Shown: piece by piece, positions 8,050-16,002 of the stretch | Layout: the number at the start of each line of letters is the position of its first letter | Numbering within the stretch: position 1 is the first letter of the stretch | NCBI GenBank assembly: GCA_014804185.1 | Contig: JAAVAG010000156.1 | Location: forward strand, 1 to 44,502 | Source: Lachnospiraceae bacterium | GTDB taxonomy: Bacteria > Bacillota > Clostridia > Lachnospirales > Lachnospiraceae | Length of the DNA: 44,502 nt | Direction of reading: 5' to 3' | The notes under the pieces: generated by a model | The model's database searches: none | What the model was told of the DNA's origin: nothing | What the model saw: only the letters and a program-made list of their open reading frames with translations | Translations under genes and position numbers: made by a program

Positions 8050-9357
8050 TTAACTCATTTTGGATAAAATATCTTTTGGCCTTAAGCGGACAACCGTCCA
8101 TGACGATGCCAGCACCGAAACGACAATCAAGGCGATCCCAACCGCATATAGGGGGAGCAAATACTGCACCGAAACGACAACTTTCAAGTCCGCTGTGCCG
8201 GGTATTACCCTTGAAATCAAAAACGCGCTTGCGGCCCGCGCAATCAAATTGCTAAGCGGAACCGCCGCCGCAAACGCAGGGATGGCAGCAAACAGCGTTT
8301 CGGTAAAGAAACCCGCAATCACATTTGCTTTGCCTTTTCCGATTGACAGCAAAATACCAATTTCTTTCTTTCGACTCCTGATCCAAATGGTCAACAGGAG
8401 CGTCAGGGTCACCACACTTGTCAGACACATGATAATGATGGAATTGTTGACCAGTTCCTGCAAAGCTGTCAGCGGAGCGGAAACAACATCATATTCCTCC
8501 GTGTCGATTACCAGTTTCAGCGTTTTTCCCTTTAGTTCCGGCAAAGCGTTGATCCTGTCATAGACATTCTGAATGCTCACGGGGTCTTCCACATAGATTG
8601 TCAACTGATAATAGCCGTTCACCACATCTTCAGGAAACATTTCAAACATTGACGCATAGTCGATATAGCCGCAGTTTGCAGGAATTTGATCGACGGTGAT
8701 CGCATTTCCGGAAGTACCCTCTGTGCCGTCAAAGAGGCCGACGATTTCAAATTCATTGATAGAATCAGTATCCAGCGAATACATCCTGATTTTCTGACCA
8801 ACCGTCAGGTTGTTATAGTCCGCAAGTTCTTTCGAGATGAGACAGACAAACTTATCATCAGCGGTAATATGCCGCCCGGCAACCAGGTTGTATTTCCCGC
8901 TCTGGAACGCGGCGCATTTCTCTGATGACAGCGTGGCGGTATAGCTGGAACTCAGTCCATAGGGCGGGAAAGAAATTTGAAAGGCTGTCGGGAGATATTG
9001 GAAGTCAACCCCCGCGCCATAGTAGCTTCCTGCATCGTCCGGATTATAATCGACAACACCCTCCACCTGTGAGATGGCCCTGACAATATCTTCTGTAATC
9101 ACATCGCCCTCATAAGTATAGGTCATGCCGCCCCACTCATTGGCCTGACCGCTGCTCCAGCCCTTTTCCGTGTCAGTCTCCAAAATGATTTTACCGCCGA
9201 TGGCAGTCTGAACATTAGCCGCGGTTCCCTCCGACGCATCCCGAATGGCGATTCCGGTAAGTACAAAGGTCGCTGTCACCGCCAGCACCAGAAACAAAAT
9301 CAAGGCCCTGACCCGCTGCCGCAGGCAATACAATACCGCTCGTTTTATAAAATTCAT
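8050..9357 (-). CDS. FtsX/MacB-type ABC permease (Vex-like)
   Basis: N-terminal TM, large extracellular domain, RKKEIGILLSIG, three C-terminal TMs, PKDILSKMS. Confidence 0.88.
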   Translation of the reverse strand: MNFIKRAVLYCLRQRVRALILFLVLAVTATFVLTGIAIRDASEGTAANVQTAIGGKIILETDTEKGWSSGQANEWGGMTYTYEGDVITEDIVRAISQVEGVVDYNPDDAGSYYGAGVDFQYLPTAFQISFPPYGLSSSYTATLSSEKCAAFQSGKYNLVAGRHITADDKFVCLISKELADYNNLTVGQKIRMYSLDTDSINEFEIVGLFDGTEGTSGNAITVDQIPANCGYIDYASMFEMFPEDVVNGYYQLTIYVEDPVSIQNVYDRINALPELKGKTLKLVIDTEEYDVVSAPLTALQELVNNSIIIMCLTSVVTLTLLLTIWIRSRKKEIGILLSIGKGKANVIAGFFTETLFAAIPAFAAAVPLSNLIARAASAFLISRVIPGTADLKVVVSVQYLLPLYAVGIALIVVSVLASSWTVVRLRPKDILSKMS

Positions 9358-9369
9358 TTCACACCTCTC

Positions 9370-10728
9370 CTAACTCATTTTAGATAAGATTTCCTTTGGC
9401 TTTATCCGCATGACTGTAACAGAAGAAGCCAATATAGTAAGGACTATGACCAATATTTGCGCAGCGTAGAGAGCAGCCGTTAAAGCGGCGCCCAAATGCA
9501 GATAGGAAACGAATCCTGCTCCGTCTGTATCTCCTGACAGAACCTGCTCGTTCAGCAAATGCGGCTGCATCTCCCGGAACACATTTTCGGCTATCACCCG
9601 CGTAACTCCGGACACAGCTATGTGTGACAACAGGAGGGCCGCTGCTGCAACAAGTAAAACTTCCAGCAGAAATTGCCCCAAAACCTGCCCCTTTGAAATA
9701 CCTGCGGAGAGCAGCATCCCGACTTCCGGAACACGCCCATGCATTCTCATAGACAGGATCAGCGTCAAAATGACCGCACTTACAACCGATACACAGACAA
9801 GCAGAATTTTCATCAGGTCCGCCAGTGAGGATAGCTGCTCCTCAATCTTGGAAAACCGAAAATCATTCGTCCGTATAAAATGCGTTGTCCAGTCAATGTC
9901 AGATATGAGCTGCACATTACGGGTGATGGGTTCAAGGTCAGCCGGGTCAGTGATATAAAAGTCAACTTCACCTGTGTAAACGCCCGCTTCGCTTTCTTTC
10001 AGCGTTTCTAAAACATCCAGGCTGGCATATATCTCGTTACAGGCTTGTCCCGCCGTGGGAGAAACAGCGGTATCCTCTGTATGGATTCTGTATATGCCGG
10101 ACACCGCAACTTCCGCGAAAGCTGTTTTCACAGGAATTTCATCCGCATACCCGCCGTCCCTTTCCACCAGCTTCGCGTGGGTCAGGGTAACGGTGTCGCC
10201 GACAGATAAATGATTTGCCTCCGCCAACTGATCACTGATCAGAATTTTTCCGCTGTCTGACGGAGTGATTGGATCCCCTTTCAGCAAGGTTACCGTCTCA
10301 TCCGAAAAGGCCGGGGCGAGCGCGGAATAGCCGAGGGCGGTTACCCTGCCCATATTGTTGTCGGCGTTATGTTTGTCCCCGGGGATAAATTGGATATCCT
10401 CACTTTTTGCAAATCCGTAATTGATGGGATTGCAAAATTCGATCCCGCCAAGCCCCATGATTCTGTCAATGACCGCCTGTGTGATGTACGTATCGTTGCT
10501 TTGTACCTGCATCTCCCCGTTCCCGGCTGTGGATACACTGACACTGGCCCGGATATAAAATGCCGCCCCAAGCGAAGTACGAATGTCACCCGACAGATGC
10601 CCGGCAGCTTCCATGACCTCAAAGCCGGAAATCAAAAATATGCTGACAACGAGAACCAAAAGAAACAGGCCGGCGGTTTTCTCTCTTTTACGGGAAATAT
10701 AAAGGATTGCCCTTTTGCCGAAATTCAT
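9370..10728 (-). CDS. FtsX/MacB-type ABC permease (Vex-like)
   Basis: Same topology; paralogous termini MNFGKRAILY / PKEILSKMS. Confidence 0.88.
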   Translation of the reverse strand: MNFGKRAILYISRKREKTAGLFLLVLVVSIFLISGFEVMEAAGHLSGDIRTSLGAAFYIRASVSVSTAGNGEMQVQSNDTYITQAVIDRIMGLGGIEFCNPINYGFAKSEDIQFIPGDKHNADNNMGRVTALGYSALAPAFSDETVTLLKGDPITPSDSGKILISDQLAEANHLSVGDTVTLTHAKLVERDGGYADEIPVKTAFAEVAVSGIYRIHTEDTAVSPTAGQACNEIYASLDVLETLKESEAGVYTGEVDFYITDPADLEPITRNVQLISDIDWTTHFIRTNDFRFSKIEEQLSSLADLMKILLVCVSVVSAVILTLILSMRMHGRVPEVGMLLSAGISKGQVLGQFLLEVLLVAAAALLLSHIAVSGVTRVIAENVFREMQPHLLNEQVLSGDTDGAGFVSYLHLGAALTAALYAAQILVIVLTILASSVTVMRIKPKEILSKMS

Positions 10729-10756
10729 ATGATGGTATCAACTCCTTTCGGCGCCT

Positions 10757-10788
10757 ATCATACAAAACCTTTATCAGTTTTTGATTAG
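10757..10788 (-). promoter_or_regulatory. Response-regulator tandem box plus -10 for the ABC operon
   Basis: CTAATCAAAAA-CTGATAAAGG-TTTTG-TATGAT; 24/32 identical to the element at 12915-12946. Confidence 0.65.
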
Positions 10789-10824
10789 ACTTTGATAGGA
10801 ATTCGGTTTGATTTTCAGACGCAG

Positions 10825-10855
10825 AAACGGCGGTTTTGCCTGCACAAAACCGCCG
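10825..10855 (-). terminator. Hairpin terminator after the sensor kinase
   Basis: Perfect 11-bp stem CGGCGGTTTTG/CAAAACCGCCG with a short T tail. Confidence 0.65.
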
Positions 10856-10876
10856 CTCACATGTCACTTAACTCTA

Positions 10877-12244
10877 TTATGCTTTTTTTAAGTCAATCTC
10901 GAAAACCACGCTGTGCTGTGCATTGCAGATACGACAGGTCATACCATGCAGATCCAGGATGGTTTTGACAATAAAAAGCCCCAGGCCGCTGCCGCCGGTG
11001 GCCTTGCTCCGCGACTTATCCGCGCGATAAAAAGGGGTGAACAGATGCGGCAGGTCACCTTCCGGGATAGTCACACCGGTGTTCTCCACGACCAGCACGT
11101 TTCCGGCGCGCAGAAAGACAAATACTTCTGCTCCGCCGGGTGAGTGCCGGACAGCGTTGCCGATAATGTTGGACAGCGCCTTGCTCCAAAGGGCGGAATT
11201 GACAGCAAGCAGCCTGTCAGGGACAATCGTGCAATGTATCAATATATCCTTATTCTCTGCCAGCGGCAGCAGCGTTTTCACTGCATAATTCACGGTATCG
11301 GACAAAGAAATCTCCTGCAAAGCGTCATCGATATCCATATTCTCCATTTTTGTAACGGACAGGATTTCCCGGACAAGAATTTCTATATCCTCTATTGTCT
11401 TTAATGTTTCCGGCAAGTATTTCTCATGATTTTGAAAATCTCCGTAACCCAGCATCATATTTTCGATCTGTCCTCTGAGAATCGTCAGCGGCGTTTTCAA
11501 CTCGTGGGATACCGCCGTAAAAAAATGTCGGCGTTCCTCCTCCAGCCGCTGAAAATGCTCCACATCCTGTTCCAACCTGTGGTTTGCACTTTCAAGTTCT
11601 CCCATGACGGTGTGCAAACGGTCCGCCATTGTGTTCAGACTTGAAGCCAGAACACCGATTTCATCTGTGTTTTTCACATCGCAGCGCCATGTCATATCCA
11701 GGGCTGTCATTCGCCTGGAAATCCGGCTGATTTCGGCGATAGGCGAAACAATGATTTTGCTGCAAATGAAAGCGCTAAGCGCGGACAGCAATAGTATGAT
11801 GAAAAAAACAGCGGGAACCAGCTTCAAAAGCAGTGCGGATATTTCAGTTGTGGTTTTTGAAATAGAGGATATGACAAGCGTGCATCCCTCTGTCAGTTCT
11901 GCGAGGTGAACAACTCCCAAAATAGTAGTTGTTGCGGTGGTCAGCGTATCACTCTCTATCTCGCCAAAACACACGGAGGTCTGACCGTTGGAGAGCACAC
12001 AGGCAGAACGATTCTGAATACAGAAATTGTAGATTTGCTTCACGGCCTCGTCATAGGACTGCCCCTCTAACTCCGCAAAAAGGGCATCCGCATTATCTTC
12101 TAATCTGCTGTCATAGGTAAACTGATACCGTTTTGGCAGAACGATAATCACAATTCCATAAATCAGCATACTGCAGACAGTGAGGGAAGAAAACACCAGA
12201 AAGAAAACCTTTGCGCTTAGACTGTTATGCATTTTCTTTCGCAA
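10877..12244 (-). CDS. Sensor histidine kinase, HAMP-HisKA-HATPase (VncS-like)
   Basis: Two TMs, DEIGVLA HAMP, SHELKTP, NAVRH, GGSGLGL. Confidence 0.92.
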   Translation of the reverse strand: MRKKMHNSLSAKVFFLVFSSLTVCSMLIYGIVIIVLPKRYQFTYDSRLEDNADALFAELEGQSYDEAVKQIYNFCIQNRSACVLSNGQTSVCFGEIESDTLTTATTTILGVVHLAELTEGCTLVISSISKTTTEISALLLKLVPAVFFIILLLSALSAFICSKIIVSPIAEISRISRRMTALDMTWRCDVKNTDEIGVLASSLNTMADRLHTVMGELESANHRLEQDVEHFQRLEEERRHFFTAVSHELKTPLTILRGQIENMMLGYGDFQNHEKYLPETLKTIEDIEILVREILSVTKMENMDIDDALQEISLSDTVNYAVKTLLPLAENKDILIHCTIVPDRLLAVNSALWSKALSNIIGNAVRHSPGGAEVFVFLRAGNVLVVENTGVTIPEGDLPHLFTPFYRADKSRSKATGGSGLGLFIVKTILDLHGMTCRICNAQHSVVFEIDLKKA

Positions 12245-12896
12245 TTTTATATCCCACCCCTCTTACGGTTTCGATGTAGCCCACATTCAGCTTTTTTCGT
12301 AAATTCATGATGTGAAAGTTGACGCCTTTTTCCTCGGCTGCATACTCATAGCCCCACACCAAATTGAGCAGATCGTCCCGGGAAAAGACACGCCCCGGGT
12401 TTTTCATAAAAAGCAAAAGTATTTCAAACTCCAAATGGGTAAGTGCTGTCTCGTTTCCGGAAACGGTAACTTTTCGCTCTGACTTGCACAAAGTAATTTC
12501 CTTATAGCGAATGATATCTGACACCATATCTGATGACGACCGCCGCAAAAGAGCCTCCACACGCTTTAAGACAAGTTTTATGGAAAACGGTTTTGTGATA
12601 TAATCATCCGCCAGCAAATCAAAGCCCTTGATTTGATTGTCCTCAGCGTCTAATGCCGTGAGAAGAATAATAGGAATATTCGATTCTTGCCGGATCATCT
12701 CACACACGGCATAGCCATCCATTTTGGGGAGCATAATGTCGAGCAGGATGAGATCAAAAGATGCCGCATGAAATGTGTTTATACCTTCCAGCCCATCAGA
12801 AGCCGTGGTTACTTGATATCCGGCAGCAGAGAGGGGTTCCAGAAGTATTTTCCGGATAGCCGGTTCATCCTCAATAATTAAAATTTTCTTGTTCAT
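12225..12896 (-). CDS. OmpR-family response regulator (VncR-like)
   Basis: IIEDE, LDIMLP, DDYITKPF, IETVRGVGY. Confidence 0.93.
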   Translation of the reverse strand: MNKKILIIEDEPAIRKILLEPLSAAGYQVTTASDGLEGINTFHAASFDLILLDIMLPKMDGYAVCEMIRQESNIPIILLTALDAEDNQIKGFDLLADDYITKPFSIKLVLKRVEALLRRSSSDMVSDIIRYKEITLCKSERKVTVSGNETALTHLEFEILLLFMKNPGRVFSRDDLLNLVWGYEYAAEEKGVNFHIMNLRKKLNVGYIETVRGVGYKIAKENA

Positions 12897-12914
12897 AAAA
12901 ATGCCTCCGGTTTT

Positions 12915-12946
12915 ATGATACAGGGCATTTATTAGATTTTGGTTAG
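12915..12946 (-). promoter_or_regulatory. Response-regulator tandem box plus -10 for the TCS operon
   Basis: CTAACCAAAAT-CTAATAAATG-CCCTG-TATCAT; matches 10757-10788. Confidence 0.65.
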
Positions 12947-12961
12947 TTCAAAAGAGGACCC

Positions 12962-13492
12962 TCAACGGGTCCACTTTTCCTGCTTATGTCCCTGCTCCTG
13001 CAGACGGCTGCGCAATCCCTCCAGATAGTCCAGGAACGCCTCCCGCTCCTCCTTTTGGACCGTGTTGGGAATCCCATACATTGTCTTGCTGCCTGTATCG
13101 CCGATATCCAGAAGCTCGCCATAATCACCATAACCTTTTCTGTACTTCAGGCATGCCTGAAAATATTTGGGATTATAGGTTACGCCCACCACCGAGTCCA
13201 TATCCACTTCATACGGCTCGCTGTACTGAGTCAGATTCCTGTCAATCTGCACCATTACCACCTTGTCATAATCCTTGTTGTAACCAAGGATATAATGATA
13301 AAATGTTGTGGTATTTGTATCGATGAAAAACCCTTTTTCGAACTTAGTCGTACGCTGGGTGGCATGAAGAATCTCGTAGCTGCTTCCCTCCTCCACCGCC
13401 TCATCAAACATCTGACGCATGCGGTTTTTCTTGTTTTGACAGTCCGCCGCGTCATATACCACTTCTTTCGGTTTCTTTGAAAATAAACCCAT
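12962..13492 (-). CDS. Hypothetical protein
   Basis: RBS AAGGAGA before MGLFSKKPKE; protein-like composition; no recognised motif. Confidence 0.7.
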   Translation of the reverse strand: MGLFSKKPKEVVYDAADCQNKKNRMRQMFDEAVEEGSSYEILHATQRTTKFEKGFFIDTNTTTFYHYILGYNKDYDKVVMVQIDRNLTQYSEPYEVDMDSVVGVTYNPKYFQACLKYRKGYGDYGELLDIGDTGSKTMYGIPNTVQKEEREAFLDYLEGLRSRLQEQGHKQEKWTR

Positions 13493-13522
13493 GATCTGTT
13501 TCTCCTTTTCCATTGGTTTGTG

Positions 13523-14185
13523 TTATCTTTGCAGGATCTTTCCGGCCTCCTCCAGCCGCCTGTAAAAATCCTGATAAAAATCCCCTTCCGGATCCTCCAC
13601 ATAAAACTTCTGCAGCACATACATATTCAAATTTTTGATAAAGGAATCGTCGCCGCTTTCCACTACCGTCTTTCTGACTTCTTTCATAAATCCGTGCCAC
13701 GCTGTCAAAAATTTCTCATACGCCTGCACATCCGGCACGTCGATCCACCTGCGGACTTTCTCTTTTGTGCGGTTTTCCCGGACGCACTCCCCTGTCAGCA
13801 GAATGTATTTGATACCTGCCTCCTCATAGACTCTGCCCAGCGGAAAGATTCTGCATAATCCGGGACGGAAAGCATGGATGCCGCATCTTCCCTGTCCGTC
13901 CAGAAATACGCATCTTGCATTTTCTTCCTCCGTCATCATGATGCTTGGCCGGATGACGCCCTCTGCCACGCCGAGTGTAATCCCATGCTCCATCAGCTGT
14001 TGAAAATTCCGCCCCAGTCCCTCTTTCAGATGATGCACATCCAGCGGATCCATCGTGATGGTATCTCCTCTTCCGTAACAGCAGGCGCTGCAGCCCCTGC
14101 AGTGATCCGCACAGACCTTTGCCATATCGTTTAACCCATATAATTTTCCGTCCGATATTTCCTTCAGGTCCACAGTTCTCTCCAT
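13523..14185 (-). CDS. YkgJ-family (CxxCxxCC) cysteine-cluster protein
   Basis: CRGCSACC, CVFLD...CGIHAFRPGLCRIFPL. Confidence 0.88.
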   Translation of the reverse strand: MERTVDLKEISDGKLYGLNDMAKVCADHCRGCSACCYGRGDTITMDPLDVHHLKEGLGRNFQQLMEHGITLGVAEGVIRPSIMMTEEENARCVFLDGQGRCGIHAFRPGLCRIFPLGRVYEEAGIKYILLTGECVRENRTKEKVRRWIDVPDVQAYEKFLTAWHGFMKEVRKTVVESGDDSFIKNLNMYVLQKFYVEDPEGDFYQDFYRRLEEAGKILQR

Positions 14186-14277
14186 ACACTCCCCGTTTCT
14201 GCGTCAGTCATGCCTGACACCGTTATCTTTTTTCCTATGGCCGCTCCGCCGCATATTAATGACTATGCCTTTTTACA

Positions 14278-15120
14278 CTATTCCTGCTGTACCTGTCCCG
14301 CAAGCGTGCACAGACTCCCCACCTGTTCATATCCGATTCCCCTGTAGCACGCATTGGACGCCGCATAGTCCGCATCCGTATAGATCGCCGGCAGCACACC
14401 CTGCTGTTTTATCATCCGGGTGACTTCATATACAAGCCTCTGCGCATACCCTCTTCTTCGCGCATCCGGTCTGGTGTATACATGGGTCACTCTTCCCAGT
14501 CCGTTGTCCGCATGATAGCTGCACATGGCCGCATTGCGCCCGGCGGCGTCTTTCCACAGATATGCACATCCGCTTCGGATCATTTTTTCCACTGCCTGCC
14601 TGCACGCTTCTCTCTCCAGCAGATCGACTCCCGTCTCCCGGCGAAACAGCCAAGAAAACTCTGTCATCTCCTCCAGATCTTCCATGGAGGCCGGGCAGAT
14701 CCCGCCGTCCGTTTTGCGTTGCGGCTCTTTTGGATGGCGGCAGACATAGGTGAGCATATTTACCTGCACGGACAGAGGATTTCTTTTCTTTTCCGCTTTC
14801 TTCAGGAAAAAATCGGCCGTGGAATATTTCATGACATACCGGAATCCCTGCTCCTTTGGAAATTTTGTGTCCGTAATCTCCCATACGGTCTCCAGAAGTT
14901 CCTCCTCTGCCCCGCCTCGCACCCAGACCCACACCGGGTATGGACTGCAGGAATAGCAGATTACAAAATCCCGGTGATCCGTGATCACACACCTGCAGCC
15001 ATAATTTATAATTCCCGTCAGCACGGAAAAGGTCACTTCATCCTCTTTCCAGAATGCCGTATCAATGATATCGTCCGCATTTTCGTATTTTACAATCTCC
15101 CTGTCTGTCATCCTCTGCAT
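14278..15120 (-). CDS. GNAT-family acetyltransferase
   Basis: VYTRPDARRRGYAQRLV acetyl-CoA motif; YTDADYAASNACYRGIGY. Confidence 0.88.
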   Translation of the reverse strand: MQRMTDREIVKYENADDIIDTAFWKEDEVTFSVLTGIINYGCRCVITDHRDFVICYSCSPYPVWVWVRGGAEEELLETVWEITDTKFPKEQGFRYVMKYSTADFFLKKAEKKRNPLSVQVNMLTYVCRHPKEPQRKTDGGICPASMEDLEEMTEFSWLFRRETGVDLLEREACRQAVEKMIRSGCAYLWKDAAGRNAAMCSYHADNGLGRVTHVYTRPDARRRGYAQRLVYEVTRMIKQQGVLPAIYTDADYAASNACYRGIGYEQVGSLCTLAGQVQQE

Positions 15121-15156
15121 GAATTTTCTCTCTCCCCGCATCTAAAACATATTCCT

Positions 15157-15984
15157 TTATTCCAATACATCAAAAGCCTGACCCTTGGCCCAGGGACTGC
15201 CCACATCGCATCGTCCATGGTGATACTGACGGGAAATCACTTTCCCTTCTCCCTCCACCACGTCGATTTTCATTCTGCTTCCCTCTTCCCCGGTATAATG
15301 ATCCAGCATGGCCACCAGTGCGTCTATATCCGCCTCTTTTATCACCTCTGCCTGCTGCCGGATGTTTTGCCGTACATTTTCTGCCGTCACTTCGATCGCC
15401 GTCTCAAGGGCCAGTACGATCTTTTCCCGATCCATGGCCGTCTGTCCCGCCCCGGCCTCTCCGCCCGCTCCGGCAAGGTTCGGCACATGGATAAATCCCA
15501 CCTGCATCTGCGGATCATGCACCGCAGCATAGTGCAGGCCGCTGTACATCAGCTGATTGCATACATAAGTCCCCGCCGTGTTGGAAATCTCAGCCTCCAC
15601 CCCACACGCATGAATCGCGGCTGCAATCTGTTTGATGGGCAGCGTGGAAAAATACGCAGCGGGGCCGTCCGCATCGACAGGTTCATCCACAGGCTGGCAG
15701 CCCGCGTTATCGGGAATCCGCGCGTCCATAATGTTGACGGCAACCCGCTCTACCGTGACCGCCGCCCGTCCGGACGCCTGCCCCACGCATATGACCGCAT
15801 CCGGCCTGTGCGTCTGCATGGCCTGGGTCAGAAGTTCCGCTGATCTGCCAAATACTGTGGGCAGTTCCAGCCGGATCAATTCAATATCCTCCGCAGGCAC
15901 GGAAACTTCCCGCACCGTCTCCTGCGCGGCATTTATGGCATCTCCGCCGAATGCGTCAAATGCAGTGATCAGAATTTTTATCAT
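15157..15984 (-). CDS. pcp: Pyroglutamyl-peptidase I with ~65-aa C-terminal extension
   Basis: TAFDAFGG, VERVAVN (Glu), AGTYVCN (Cys), GFIHVP (His); extra tail ending YHHGRCDVGSPWAKGQAFDVLE. Confidence 0.9.
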   Translation of the reverse strand: MIKILITAFDAFGGDAINAAQETVREVSVPAEDIELIRLELPTVFGRSAELLTQAMQTHRPDAVICVGQASGRAAVTVERVAVNIMDARIPDNAGCQPVDEPVDADGPAAYFSTLPIKQIAAAIHACGVEAEISNTAGTYVCNQLMYSGLHYAAVHDPQMQVGFIHVPNLAGAGGEAGAGQTAMDREKIVLALETAIEVTAENVRQNIRQQAEVIKEADIDALVAMLDHYTGEEGSRMKIDVVEGEGKVISRQYHHGRCDVGSPWAKGQAFDVLE

Positions 15985-16002
15985 GCTCTTTTCCCCTCAG
16001 AC

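Noticed and set aside
7356-12959. 10-bp inverted match (GTCCTCTTTT / AAAAGAGGAC) flanking the Vex/Vnc-like module as transposon ends
   Set aside because: Both copies are arms of local hairpins; no transposase or target-site duplication seen.
14482-15843. 453-aa plus-strand ORF
   Set aside because: Antisense shadow of the GNAT and pcp genes; His/Arg/Pro-rich with no motifs.
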